A stretch of DNA of 63,167 nt, filler included, from Choristocarpus tenellus KU-1152 (lineage: Eukaryota; Protista; Phaeophyceae), in the NCBI GenBank assembly GCA_964200185.2. It is 10 parts of 10 records of this genome, joined end to end, with 100 filler letters (N's around TTAATTAATTAA, not from the genome) between each part and the next. Parts side by side here need not be neighbours in the genome. Positions count along the whole stretch, not along the records: positions 44,063 to 57,638 come from CAXNAD020001444.1; positions 57,739 to 63,167 come from CAXNAD020010808.1; 8 more parts are not named here. The stretch is one strand, 5' to 3'. Positions 49,578 through 63,167 of this stretch are shown piece after piece. The number at the start of each line of letters is the position of its first letter. Positions within the stretch are counted from its first letter, which is position 1. The position numbers were made by a program, and so were the translations under genes. The notes beneath the pieces are model-generated. The model saw nothing but the letters and a program-made list of their open reading frames with translations. It made no database searches and was not told the DNA's origin.

Positions 49578-52500
49578 ATGTCAACTTACGAGGAGGCCCG
49601 GCAATTTCTTCAGAAGGAATCCCCTGGTGGCGTGAGCTTGTATGACCACCTCGCAGATGTTCTACTCAAGGTAATGGAGACAAAATATGAGGTTACGTGA
49701 AAGATCTCCCTCGAAGACATGCGCTGAAGCATGAACGGGGACAGATACAAGCAAGTTGCCTGGATGACTGAGTATGTGCTTCCCCTACCCATAAAAATGC
49801 CTTGACAGATACTGAGTGAGAAACCCTCGAATGTGTCAGCTGTTTTTGAGCACCTGAGCGCGTCTGTAAAAGATGCCAGAATCAGTTCGGACGACTATGC
49901 CCCCACCACTGGAGAAGTTGCAGCCCATACCTCACAGTTGAAGTGGGCAGGAACCAGTCAAGATTTATTCAGCATTCCTGATGAGCCCACAGAGGGGGGA
50001 CCCAACGTGCCTGACATCCTGGATGAAGCGAACATGTGGGAGTGGGCTGGCATCTCGTTCGGCCGATTGGAGACATACCGCTTGTATCTATCAGTCAGGA
50101 AGGTGCCCGCGGAGCTCTGGTTCCTACTTCTAGCTTATCCCTTTGTCCCATGCCTTTAGTACTGTCCCCGAGAAGTCCTGTAGGAAATACCGTTCGTGAA
50201 TCAACAAATCCAACCGAAATCATACTCAGAGGTGCTGATAGCATCTGCTTGTTTGATCTGGCCTTCGTTTGACTTGAATGCCCCCCTTCAGCTCGCAGAA
50301 TCTCTTCCCGGAGACCACGAATCCCTCCGCTTCTGGGGGAAAATCTCCACAAGAGAACAAGATTACTTTCTTGTTGAGGGTAAAGCTACAGATGAGGGAC
50401 TGGGCGAGTACGATGAATTCGCGCAGGAGGGGAAGGATGGAGCAAACCGCTACACGTACTGGGTGTCACGCTCTGCCTGTGGGGAGTGGCAGGAGCTTCC
50501 CCCTGTCACACAGGCACAAATTGTCTCTGCGCGGAAGGTGACATTTTCCATATAGTTATAGGGCAGTTTCAAGTCCTGGGCATCCTACTATGACACAGGT
50601 TTCGACATGGGGTCAACGCTGCGTCAAGCATGCAACAAACTCAAAATTGGCCATTTGCTCATTGCTCGACCTTTTGGGGGGGGGGAAGAGAGGTCAAAAA
50701 TATTTTGGTTGGGAATTATGATGGTTACTGTACATTCCTGTTGTTTCCTTACGATATTAAATACACACCACTATAAATTTGGAAGCAAATATGCATGGCT
50801 GTATATCAAGTTTGAACATTATTCACATGAGCATTGAGTGTTGAATGCCACCATGCTGATCGATGCCTTTGCCGTAGTAATAAAAGTGTTTGGAATCTAG
50901 ATATAATTGCGTCTGTAGATCAGATGACTCAAAGCTCTCGTCACGGTGGATAGGGGAAACATTTCAGTGACAGCAACACCAGAGGTTCTGTAAAAAGAAA
51001 TTGATGTTCAACTTCCATGTGTGCTCTGGTGGAGATGTATTGCATTGACCCTTATCTGTGAGGTACTTTGAAATGCATAGCACATACTTAACCCTTCTAA
51101 GGCATTTGCTTTTCTTTGCTGACCCTTGATCACATGAGCTACCTCAATCTTACGGCCCTCCATTTGGGGTATGCATGTTCAGTATATTCAGTATGTTCAA
51201 AAGCACCTTGATATTTTCGTAGCACAAGCTCAATTTTCCAATACCTTCATTTGGGGAATATCGTGTTGGACTTTTGGTGCATGGTGTTGTCGTAATATGA
51301 ATTTCTGATTCCCCCCCCCCACCTTGTAGGTATTGCATGCGAGGGTTGAAAAAACATGCTGAAACACATACACAAACTCCTCTGTTTTGGATTGCGATAC
51401 AAGGATCAGAAAAAATGCAAAGTTCCTCAGCTGAACGTAAATCTTACCAGTGTTTGCACATATAACTGCTTCAGGAATCCCGATCAGGAGATTTTGCTGG
51501 TGGGTATTTCCTCTGATTGATGCAACCCCCCTTGAGTGTTACCCAATGCTGAATTGAAATGATACATGTAGAGCCTCAGAGGTTGTTTATTTCTAGAGTA
51601 GCCGAGAGTGATTGTTATCTAGACTTTAGTCATCCTTCTTTCTTGTTTTGAATCAGGGCGTTTCTATCGTGTTCATTTGTTTAATTGACGAATAGTCAAG
51701 GTTCCAATTGAATTTTATCGACTAGTTGGCTACTATAGCAGTTATTCATATTTTTTGTATTACTCTGCAGTTGTTTTATTTTTTTATTGTAGAAATCGCT
51801 AATACTATCATTCAGTGTTCACTCAGGAAAAGTCTTGCGAAACTACAGAGAAAGGTGCCAATTGACGAAAAAAATGGCCTTTGATACGTGAATTGATTTG
51901 CAATTTTGGCGGATGCATTTGCAGTGATTTCTATGCGTGTTTCAGTACTTGAGGCAAGGGCAAGATAATGCCCACAGAAACAATTTTTTGACCCTGCATA
52001 TTCTAAAACCAAATTTACCACAATAAGGAAGGAAAAGACTAGAGTTTTTTCGGCAAGGTTTATGTAGGAAGGTGAAGGCTTTCACTATTGGGGAACTTTC
52101 ATACACTACTTGTTAGTAGAAAATTACAAGGGAATCTTACAAGTCTCAACCTTAAAGGGGCTCCCCAAAATGGGGACCTCATCTTGAGCTAGCTAGTACA
52201 CACTAAAATATATTGGAACCAAGGAGTTTCCATTTTTCCACCCTGGGGAAGAGACCCTCAGAAAATTATTTTACTCAGGTCCTTCTCAAAGAAAAATGCC
52301 CAGTTCTTCTGGACACGATTGATTTCATCCCACCCTTGCACTAAAAATATTCCATCCACATGTCCTTTGTGGACAACTTGCTTCCCATCGGTATATACCT
52401 TCTACATTCCAAATTGCCTTAGAATAGTACAGTCAGGTTCAGTTGCAGTGATTGTGCTAGTGCCATACCATGTAGTATTTCAAAGGTGCAGAAGTATGAA

Positions 52501-55027
52501 ATGAGTTGTTCTTCGTTTTTTTTCGTCTTCAAAACCTTCCTCACATGTTGTAACCGTGTCAACAGTCTTCAGGTTATTTATATACACCTCATCTCTCTTC
52601 CATCCAGTTGTTATCCCCTTGTTGAGCCACCCCAATCCTCTCGTTTCTATTTAGATCTCTTCCACTGTCTTTGACTGCCTCCCTCTCAAGAGGTTCCAGC
52701 AGTCGTGGACATCACAGACCAGTTTGTGGTCGAGACTGATACCTAACCCTCAATGCAAGATCAGCAATTGAGATGAAACAGTGGTCTATCGTGCTTGCTA
52801 TGTTGTGCTTTCGTCATGTTTAGCTTGACAGTTACTATTGCAATTGGTCTCTGTTCTTTGTATGGATCTATAATCTGATCTACTACCAAACAAATAAATT
52901 GCACTTCTACTACACAAGACTATGTAGTAGCACAGTTCACGCAAGTGGCAAAGCAACCATTTTTGGTCAAATCAGTCTTGGGTGGGGTGGTTGAAGCCTA
53001 GCAAACCAGAGATACGTAGGTCCCATTGCTTTCAGGTGTACAACCAAATAGCTTGAGACTTTTAGGAGCTCCCAGTTGTTTTATATCTTTCCCCTGCACT
53101 GAAGCACTTTTTGTTTTGTTGCTAAACCCCAACAGGTAGCACAGCAACATACTTTATACACCCCAACGCCTCTTCTGCTCACAAGTAAGAAATTTGGTAG
53201 AATAACATCTTTCTCCTCTCTTCATCTGTTTATTCAAGCACACCCTTGCAGATACAATCCATTCTTCATGGGAGGCCTTGCGCAATGAAATTCCACCATG
53301 GAGTTGTCTTTTCCTTTCTTGTGCTGCACTCCATCCCTATTGCTGTGCATGAAACAGATAAAGCGCTACTTCACAGGCAACCTGGATGCCTCAGTCCCTG
53401 GGTATCCACCTTTTCCAGGCACAGAGCGCAACCTTCTCCGTGCGCAGGTGGCACGAATCACTGCAGGTGTGTGTGTGAGTCCCAGTGGATTCTTCGAGCT
53501 TGATGAAGATGAAGAGCCTGCAGCAATCAAGGTGGCCGAGGAGGAAGCCATCAATGAAACCTTCCCTAAGGCTGTTGATGAGCTCATGACCCCTGATGGG
53601 TGGGTCCACCATGAACTAGAGCTGAACATCCTTGGCAGGTCAGTGCGTATACACACTCTTTCAGCTGTGCAAACCAGGTCTTTGGCGGGAAAGCACCAGG
53701 GGTGCCTGGGGAGGAGCAGCACGTGCAGTCTAGCAAGAAATGCAAAGAAGGATTACCCTACATCATACAGCATATGCACTGGGAAAAGTGTGTACTTTTG
53801 ACGTACAAGCTTGTATCTGACATAGTGCAACAAACAAAAAAAGTATATTCAGGGTACATAAGTAAGAATCTTAGATACAAGCAAATTTCTGCCTTTCGAG
53901 TTCTTACTTTTTCTTTATCCACAGGTCCAAAAGAATAATATGTTAAGATCCAACATAAACTCTGGAACATTCCCACCATCTGACTTGTGTTCACTAGATC
54001 CATTTTTAAATACTTGAAGATTCTATGCTGTGATGTATGCCTGCACTTCAACCTCGACAGTGTCCACATCTAGTGTCCTCTACCTTGCAGTTAAATACTC
54101 AATGCATAGTTTTCTTTTACTCACATACATGCGCACATGTAAAACACATGGGCCATGTTTGGAAAAAAGAGTGACATCCATTCAAAGTACCAATCATACG
54201 ATTAAATGATGAGCTTGGTATGGATGGAATTGCGAAATGGTCCTTACTTCTAAGAATATGACAATGGTAGACATGCTTGGGTGAGAGAGAGACTACACCA
54301 CCTGTAGTGTGTGGATTACACCTATCTACATCAACTGCATATTTATGCATGTACACCACTGTGGATGGAATCACTTGCCAGAGTAAAGACTATGGAAAAG
54401 ACCATGCTCTGTTGCCTTTCACCACATTTCAAAAGAAAAAAATGCTTTGGAGAGGCAGCCAACACCAGGGCCATTCTGTTTTGCTATTGTCTCAACTTGA
54501 AGGGCTTGGCGTAAGACAGTAGTCATCGCTTCAACCCATTCTGTCATGTAGCACCACATTGCCATTGATGTCATATCCTTCATTCCCCACGGATGCCGTG
54601 GACTTTACCCCTTTCCAGATGCCGCCCAATGCCAGAAAAGTTGGATGAAGAAGGAAATCCGGTGGAGGACGAAGATCCTCCTGAGGAGGTAGACCCACTC
54701 CGTCCCCTTGCTGATGACACGGAAGGGTCGTGGGGCTTCAGAACTTGCCCAGCAGGTGCTGGCCAGTCTTCCAACTCCATGGTCGCCGCCAAGTCCCTAG
54801 TCTGGCCTGGGGGGATTGCAGTTGCATATGGGAAGCGATTTACAAATATCTACTCGGGGGATGGAGTGAAATTTGGGGCTGATCCCTACCAGCCTCCACT
54901 GCCACCTCCTATCCAGGGTGAGTGGGCACCAGCAGAAGAGGAGGAGGCAGAGGAGGCACTGGTGGAGCAGGCTGATGTGTTGGTGGACCCCAACCCACCG
55001 GAAGGGGATGATGACGAAGATGAGTGA
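49578..55027 (+). CDS. RSPH4A: Flagellar radial spoke head protein (RSP4/6 family)
   Basis: Exons 49578-49670, 49809-50102, 50292-50537, 53358-53638, 54619-55027, all phase-compatible; motifs SLYDHL, WEWAGISFG, LRFWGKI, GANRYTYWV, W..LP.VT..QI, FTGNLDA.V..YPPFPGTERNLLRAQVARI, SLVWPG, F.NIY.G.G.K; symbol denotes the RSPH4/6 family. Confidence 0.95.
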
Positions 55028-55649
55028 GGTTTGATGACTCCAGTGGTGACAGTGAGAGAGAAACATGGTAGCAAGGCAATGAATTATCAGGTCACCTTGA
55101 GTCGATTACTTCATTTTTCAACGTCTTTGTGCTTTGCCAAAAGGATAACTTTTGGGTCGAGGTGCCACCTACCGACGAGGACAAGTGGGAAATAGTTCTG
55201 CACTCTAAGGGGGGAACCATTTCGACATACAAGCCAAGAGCGTAGCTAAAGAGTTGGTTACCGGGCAACGCATTTTCCCTCTTTTCACCATGTTCGTAAT
55301 TGCATAAAAGTATTTTTAGATTTGTTGGTGCCTTTCGTTGCTGATCATGGATACAATGATGTCCCCGTAATGTACGAGGATTGACATGTAGGAATCATGA
55401 GGGTGGTGTAGATAGTCTGCTAGTACAAAGAAAAACAGTGCAATGTTCAACATTGACAGCATTAGACAGAGGCGCGGCATATCAAAGGTTACATGAGGTG
55501 GGGATAGGAAGAATTTTACATTTGAATTCTTTGTGGATGAGTTGCACAAATATGATGAAGTGACAGATCGACTTGTCTTGCAAAGTGCAGGATCTCGTCC
55601 GGGTAATGCCCCAGCGTTACCTTCGCAATCTTGCACTTCAGGTGCACTT

Positions 55650-56900
55650 TAGCCTGCTGGAGGCAGTCTCGTGGGTCATTGTCGCTCACTCTTCAGTTCG
55701 GTGTATGTGTAGGGGACCAAGACAGAAATCTGGTATCCAGTCATCCTCGACTATTGGCTAGATACTGCTGTCCCTGCAGTCGTACAAAGATAATTTTACT
55801 ACCTCCATGGTACTCAGAGTGTTGTGAACATTCCAGCCCTGATACCCCCTGTGAAACAAGTTTTTCGATGGAACTACTAGCAACCTTGGCGAACGAAAGG
55901 CTCAACATCTTTGAGCTCAGATTTTTCGTCCCTCCACTTTCCCCCTCTTGGGTAAGGATGTCGCAACACCATCTTCGGTTTCTTGCGCCACTGCTGATTC
56001 TCCAGCATCCTCCTTTTCCTCCTGTAGTATTGGGTGACTGCCAAGTATAGGCAACGTCTTACAGGAGAAATGATTACCGACCGCACAGGACGTTTCGAGG
56101 TGAGGAAGGATACAGTCGATGGGTAAAGTCGCAAGCGGTGAAGTTAGGGTCACAAAGCTCCTTGAAAATGCATTGTTCGGGCCGAGGTAAGGTGAGGACG
56201 CCGATTGTTGTTCATGAGATGGTTTCAAGGTTTTGGCTCTTAACGTACCAGATCGGGCTTGTAAATGTCGTGCACAACGCTGGCACCTGCCAACATGGAA
56301 GCAATAGACGAAAGTACAAGGAATCCATGTTGCCAGGGCTTCAATGACATACTGCTACTTCTTAGGCGGGTCCTCTCTTCCTTTCCATCCTTAACTCCAA
56401 AATGTATCAACTACTCTGTTCGATTCGTCCGATTTCTCGTTGTTGGGAAGTGGATGATGTTGGAACACCCAACGTAACACTCAACGTCTACGTTGTCCTT
56501 TCATTTACCCTTCTTTTTGTATGTCATGAAAATGATTGTTGAGAATATGTTTGTGATTCGTGTCAACTGGAATTCGAACGCGAGAAGGTCCCTTTGTTTA
56601 CGTAGTCCATCGACCTCCAGAAGGTACATAACTTTGTCGATCGAGACCTCCTATGATGGACAGTACCGGTCAAATTTGTCGTGCCAGCTAAGATTTCGAT
56701 CATTCCTCAATTCCATGTCACAATGCGGACTTGTGTGTAGATGGACGATGGGGACTGCTGAGACTGATTTAATGTTGAACAACATCTCCGTCAAGGGTGC
56801 ATTCTCGCCCTGTTGCTGTTTAATCTCTTCTTTATTGTAGTGCTTACCGTAATACTGGCGAGGCTTAGCACCAAAGAGAGGACATTCATGAAGAAGATTT
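55650..56900 (-). pseudogene. Possible piggyBac-type transposase remnant
   Basis: FDRYCPS*EVSIDKVM followed by frameshifted PSGGRW resembles Y.P...lsIDEsM.pf.GR; numerous stops. Confidence 0.45.
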
Positions 56901-57511
56901 GTCTCCTTTAAGACAACAAGAAACTAGGTCATTTACTTGCATGGGGGATGAGTGACTTCCGTTATTGATGTTTGGTGGGGAAATTTCGAATGGAAAATGG
57001 AAGCAAGGTGGACAGGAGAAGAACTGGTGGTGGACACGCCTCCTAGACAACCTCGAGAGTTTGGGATTGGAGTTGAGGGTTGGAGCACGAAGGTCACTAA
57101 CCAACACGAGGGGTATGAACATGTATCTAATGGGCTTTATTTCAGAATGGCATCCCAAAGAATGCTGTAATAGCTAGTGCACATCCCACCAAAACTGCAG
57201 TTAAGGTCGCCCAAGGAACCATCACCACCACCACTGTTCTCTTTTTTGGCGATTTCCCTTGAATCCTTTGTTCAATTTCTTTCTTTTCTTCCCCTCACGT
57301 TTCTTGGGTGATGGTGAGTTTTCCCTCCAGATTCTACCATCGGTTCTCTTTTTCTCTTTCTGTTTCTATTTCTTCCACTCACTGTTATGTTTTTCTTTTT
57401 TGGTACTTGATGTCTGTTGTCCAACACTACCATCCATGTATTGCCTTCTTCAACTATCTCTTTTAGTCCACGTCTGTCATCGCAGACACTAATCTGATAA
57501 GGATAATAAGG

Positions 57512-57638
<127 letters not shown>

Positions 57639-57738
57639 NNNNNNNNNNNNNNNNNNNNNNNNNNNNNNNNNNNNNNNNNNNNTTAATTAATTAANNNNNN
57701 NNNNNNNNNNNNNNNNNNNNNNNNNNNNNNNNNNNNNN

Positions 57739-57802
57739 CTCAGCCCCCCCCCACCCACCCCCATCCCCACCCCCCACAAGCACCCTTTCAGATACTTTGA
57801 CT
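57739..57802. mobile_element. Family B-like MITE end at contig start
   Basis: C-rich tract followed by cagatactttgactc. Confidence 0.6.
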
Positions 57803-58603
57803 CAATAGTCCGTCGGAACTATTTTTTTTGAGTGCTGGTTGTTACATATATTGCATTGCAATTCAATAAAACACAGTATATTTTTCCACCAAACAAATAT
57901 CTTTTCCTATCAATTTCATGCCTTCATGCACAGTACAGATAGACTGACAAGAGCAGCTCGGTCGTGATTTGATGCTCAACTTACAAGAGGAGAGGTTAAG
58001 GTTAGGTTTGAGGTTAGGGTTAGAGCTCTAAAGGAGAAGGGCCTCTTGGGAAAAAAAATTAAGACGCATTCCTAATGCCAAATTGCATATAATATATTTT
58101 GTATATTATATGCTGTAGAGTCTTCTAGTAAGTAGTGCAGGTATCTGAGACCCATCTATTATTCCTCAATTTGGCACATGGTATGTCCCAAATGTGTGTG
58201 TATGTTTTTTCAATGTCTTCCTGCCCAATGAATCTGAAACTCTTACAGTATATAAAAAATATTCGTATTCATTATTATTATTATTGTTGTTGTTATAGTG
58301 AAAATAATATTTCTCTGAAGTGTTAGTAATAGAAGTAACATTTTGCACCTCATGTTTCTTTGAAGATGCTAAAGAGGTATGTGACACAGTTAAGTTTTCG
58401 CTACTACAACCTCATTATAATCTTTTATTCTTACTTGTAACAGGCTCCGTCAACCCTATCCTTTTCTCTCTTTGTGAATAATATTGATTATAATCCTTCA
58501 AATGTTCTGACTTTCCATCCTTACTTTCTTTTGTGTTTCCACTTGAAAAAAGAAAAATGTGCTTCTTTTCTCTCTTTCTCTCTCTCCCAATTTATTGTGC
58601 AAG

Positions 58604-61600
58604 AAGGTTCTGGATGACCTAGATGCCAACACATGGGTTCTGGAACCTGAGAAGCCGTCGCGATCCACAACCCACAGGCGCGTGGCTGCTGCCTCCCATT
58701 GCTCACTTACGCTGCAGCTTGACCCACAGGCCCCTCAGGCGGTGAGCAAGAAGAAGAAAGGAACAGAGGAACACCCTGCCCCTCCGTGATTTACTTATTT
58801 ACTTGAGAAACACTATCGACATCTCTTTTTGTCAAAATAAGAGATACAAGAAGAAGAAATATTTTTTTAATGCAAACTGGTTCAAAACTTGACTGGACCG
58901 GGTCAGGGCCTATTCCAAGTGAGTGAAGTGTGCGAAGTATTTTTCAATGGGACCAGTTGAAGGTCATCAGAGAGTACTACCGGACCGGACTGGACCGAAC
59001 TGAACCGCAGTACAGCCCTGGTTAAATGTTTACTACCTAGCACCAACAGGGCTGAACCAGAGACTTCGAGATTTGTGAACCGGACTGGTCCGTGGGCTGG
59101 CCCAAGTGAAGTGTGCCTTACCAAGGCTGAACCAGGACCAGATAGATTGTAGCTGGGAGTCAAAGTATCTTGGAGGGTAGAGCTGCGTCCGTTTGGGGGC
59201 CAAATCCAATGCTGCGATTTCGATGTAATTTTGGCTATCGTGTTCGTTAGGAAGTTTCAATATCCTTGTTCCGGACACACCTTTACAATATGTATACATT
59301 TTCTGTGTGAACCATATCGGAGTAGGTAAAATGTCATAAGAAACCCGTGGGAAGCCAAGTCACAAACGGACAAAGAGGGTCAAACTCGTACTCTCTGAGA
59401 TATATTCACTCTGGACTGAGCCGTGGACACTCATCACCCATCGATACTCATCAGAAAACGTATATACATACATTGTTAGTTAGATATTAATGCTTGAGCT
59501 ATAGTTCGTTCTGTGTTGTACTGTGAACCTTCCATACGAAGTACTCTCTGATATGGATCCCAGTCGTTGTCTTGGTTGTGCTACGTTCTCCTCTCCACAT
59601 GACATAAACTTCCTCTGCTCTGGTATGGCTGACGTCTCAATGATACTGACGGGGATGAATGTAGTAGATGGTGAACTATCGAATGGAGAACTATAATAGG
59701 TGCTTTTTTTTCTTTTTCTCAGTCCGAAATTAAGTTCCTCTTGCCAAGTCTGTACATGTATTCTCTGTGGCCTTCCTTGAGAAAAAGCACAACCGGTGTT
59801 CCCTTCGAGATATTACAGGAGATACATTGGTACCTCCGACAGTCGAGAAAGAGCTCATAGGTTATTGTTGCAATGGTGCAACAGTCAGAGTTCTTGTAAA
59901 CCGACATGGTGGAGACCATTCAGCAGGTGTTGGTCAATCTTCGCATTGCCAATATAGAGTGCCACGGTGAAGATGATTCGGACGTTGCAAAGCACACCCA
60001 TGCTCTCGCCAAGTTGAAGTGTGAAGTTCTCTCCTGTCCTTGTCCCCCCTAAGTTTCAGATGTTCAAAAAACATTTTTTGTTAGCCCCTCATGAGCCGAG
60101 GTTACATTTTCTGGATGTGAACGGACCCACATGTGTTCAGGAACAGAAGTGCGGCACGAGAAGAGAGAGGTGTGCTGATGTAGCAAGAGGTATGGGTACA
60201 AAACGTATGCAATGGTTTAAAAATCAAAATATGAAACTCTCCGATAGTCTTCGCCAAGTAGTCCCTGAGCGGTCATCTCAACCTTTGTGCTTCCCTTGTA
60301 GACCCTAGAGCATCCTCCGGGTAGAGCGACCACCTGCTGTGCAGGTTGTGAAAAATGTTATGCTGGTTATGTTCCTCTCAAGTGCTATACTCCCTCTGTT
60401 GCATTGGTCTGGGCTGTTATGTCTTAGCTCTTCGAGATGACCTCTGATTACGAAACAGTCTTTTGCATTGGATTCCTTGCAATATTTTACACTAGAAAAC
60501 TAAATTTCAAAGTATTATATGAAGAATTCTGTTTTGAAACGGTTCTGAAAGAATGGAACACAGAATGGGGCATATTCTTATCTTTTTTTATGTTCCTGCT
60601 GCAGCATGGAGTCGCACAATGCTCTCACAGTCCCCATAGCAAGTCCCACAGCCCATCATCCATAGCACCAAGCCCACCATCTTGGGAAAAGAACTGCGAG
60701 CTGACCGAGGAAGTTAGACCCCACTTGCTCTATGTTACGCATTGGCTCTTCCTCCATGTCACAAGAGGGTCCTGAGGTGTCTAAATTGGTGAAAAGAGTT
60801 TGGAGTGGGAGAGAGACACCCTAGACGGGTATGGGCATGGGTTAAAGAACAGTTAAGTTGGGGAAATACTGTCTCCCTGAAACCACAAGCATGATCTGGA
60901 TGGCCATTGGACTTTACGCCAATGAAACAAGTGAGGATACGGAAAATCAATGCCAGTAATCGCATGCTGATTATTGACCAACTTTCTGCCAAGCTTGCCA
61001 AAGCGGACCTCACAGTCGGCAGCTCAAAGCTTGGCTGAAAGTCAAGGGGGCAACGAGGGTTCGATTGCGCTTCACCGCTAGCCTTTCGTTTTCTCACAAG
61101 AAGAACAGGGTGGACTTCATCCTCTACCAGATCTCCTGCAACCACCAAACCTAAAGGACTGGCCTCAACACCCTTCACATCGACGAGGCGTGGCTGTACC
61201 TCATCCGCAAACAAGAGATGGTGTGCATGTTCCCAGGGGAGGAAAAGGTGGGCTTGATGAAGGTGCAGCACAAGAGTCACATTCCCAAAGCGAAGTTCAT
61301 CTCCACCGTTTCGCGCCCAGATCCTTCCCATGATTTTGACGGCAAGATTAGGATCTGGTGGGTTTGATTCACAAAGGTGGCACAATGGACTACAGCGCGA
61401 CACACGAAGGGTGAGGAGTACGAGGTCGATTTCACCGTCGACGCCGAGTGTTACACAGAGCAGCTGCTATCAGCGATCAAGGAAAAAATGTTGTGGCTGG
61501 AATTGGGGGGGACCTCCATACAGCAGGACAGCGCAACCCCGCATACAGGCAAGGGCATGGTGCAGAAGCTGAACACGGCAGGGATGGAGGAGGGATGGAA

Positions 61601-63063
61601 CATTGAGCTCATGACACAGTCAGCGCAGTAGCTGCATCTCAACATCAACGATTTGGGGGGGGGTTGTATCTCTGAAGAGCAGGTATTGGGCGGAGCATTA
61701 CAGCACTGTTGATGATGAACTTGTAGAGGGTGTTTCAGGCATATTCCACACATATGACGTAGACACGCTCAAGAGGGTGTGGCAGAGTCCGTTTAAGAGG
61801 TACAATCGGGTGTTACGGGCGCTGGGGGGGAACGATTTCGAGGTAGAGCACACTGGGACCAAAAAAGGGCTGCGGGAGGGCAGGTTGGCTAGATCAGTTA
61901 AAGCAGACCGAGGGACCTTCACGGCAGTCCCGGATTGGTGGGTTCATGGTGTCAAATTGAAGGCAAGACATAGTTTCTTAATGTAAAGCATTCCAAGGAA
62001 TCCAACCCAAAGGTGCATTTTGTGATCGGAGGTCATCCTGAAGAGCTACAACGTAATGGCCCAGACTTACGGGATAGAGGGAGTATCGTCCATTCTCTGA
62101 TGCGTTCTCTTGTGTGTGTGCAGTATCATTGTGAACTGAAAGCATTCACATGTGAAAGTTCATAGTTTTTCTTCTGTGTGCTCAATTGTATCATCAATTG
62201 AAACGTGCGAGCAGCGCGCATTCACACCAGGGAAGAAATAAAAAGTCATCAAAAGATTTCCCTTGATCTTTGGTTTTGATTCACTGTGGTTCTGTTGAAT
62301 CAGAGTGATTCAATGGAATCTAATATTTGCATGACTGGTATGTATTTGCGCTCTGCACCTTGCCAAAGCTGAACCTTCTGTGTTTCTTTTATCCACCTGC
62401 TGTAGGTGAGAAAAACAGCCTGCCTCAGCTGGGGTTTGATCCCAAACCGTGACCACTGATATTTGTCAAGAGGTATAGCCAAGTGTAGTGATACAATGTT
62501 CATCTTGATACCTCCGATCTCACGTACAGCTTGATACGATTATCGACTTACTTGAGAGCATCAACCATCCCTTCCACCCTTGATTTTAAATCCGATTTTT
62601 GTTGTTGTGGAATTTCTGTTGGGATCTGCGCACCTTGTCGTGGCCGAACTTGATAAAAAAAAAAAATTGGTAAATTCAAACACTGTCTTCACGGATTGAA
62701 ACTAAGATAATGAATATTCTTGGAAGCGCATATATATATGTATATCTATATATTGCTTAGGCGCGAGGTGCTTGTTATTTTCAGTAGTTTTAGGATTATT
62801 CTTCGGTGCAACGATACTTGCAAAAAAAAATCAGCACTTCTTTTATTATCATAGCCCCCTATTTGTTCTTTTTTTTACACCACATTGAGCCGATAGGATA
62901 TTTTCACCCGTGCAACCCGGCTTTATATCCACAAGAGTAACCTCTTGATTCTTTGATTTGGTCGGTGCCGTACTCAACAACAGGTACCCGAAGTTCGGTT
63001 TCTGGGTGCGCAGGGCATCGTAGGACCATTGCGCGAGACGTTCTCAAGGAACCTCATTCGTTG
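58604..63063 (+). CDS. FANCL: E3 ubiquitin ligase FANCL, two internal exons (partial gene)
   Basis: Exon 58604-58741 KVLDDLDANTWVLEPEKPSRSTTHRRVAAASHCSLTLQLDPQAPQA splices in phase to exon 62984-63063 VPEVRFLGAQGIVGPLRETFSRNLIRW, matching FANCL TWVLEPEKP.RS...RRI...DP..P...PE..FLGA...V.PL...LSRN...W. Confidence 0.9.
59157..59411 (+). mobile_element. MITE family A copy in FANCL intron
   Basis: GAGTCAAAGTATCTTGGAGGGTA...TACTCTCTGAGATATATTCACTC; target duplication TGG/TGG. Confidence 0.9.
60880..61900 (+). pseudogene. Tc1/mariner transposase pseudogene (plant-mariner DD39D-like) in FANCL intron
   Basis: HIDEAWLY (61176), KSHIPKAKF..VSRP...FDGKI, IQQDSATPH, TQSAQ*LHLNINDLG; 40 residues between second and third Asp; internal stops. 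Confidence 0.88.
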
Positions 63064-63167
63064 GTGAGTGGGGAGTCGTTTTTTTTGTGTCAACTTTGTA
63101 ATCTTCTTGTCTGTGATGCAATGGGGAGATGGGGGGGGGGGGGGGGGGGGGGGGGTGGCTTGTTTTT

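Noticed and set aside
60759-61403. 214-aa minus-strand ORF
   Set aside because: Antisense shadow of the mariner transposase pseudogene

Overview
Intron-rich eukaryotic nuclear DNA, most likely from a brown alga or close relative (inferred from a mannuronan C5-epimerase-family gene plus a flagellar radial-spoke gene). The window is not continuous: nine 100-bp linkers (N-run, TTAATTAATTAA, N-run) join ten contigs, so neighbourhood across linkers may be artificial. Recognisable genes, with exons reconstructed by eye from GT-AG sites: the 5' part of class III PI3-kinase Vps34 (-), a complete ManC5-E-like gene whose catalytic YGFDPHD motif reads NGLNPQD (-), a complete RSPH4/6 radial spoke head gene (+), two FANCL exons (+), tRNA-Ser(GCT) (-) and several hypothetical genes. 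One spliced membrane-protein/lectin-like gene is frameshift-free but carries three in-frame TGA codons. Much of the rest is transposon debris: a dense two-tier MITE family with shared AAAGTATC terminal cores and 3-4 bp target duplications, plus remnants of hAT, mariner, piggyBac, CRE-type LINE and LTR elements. All family assignments come from motif recognition, not database searches.
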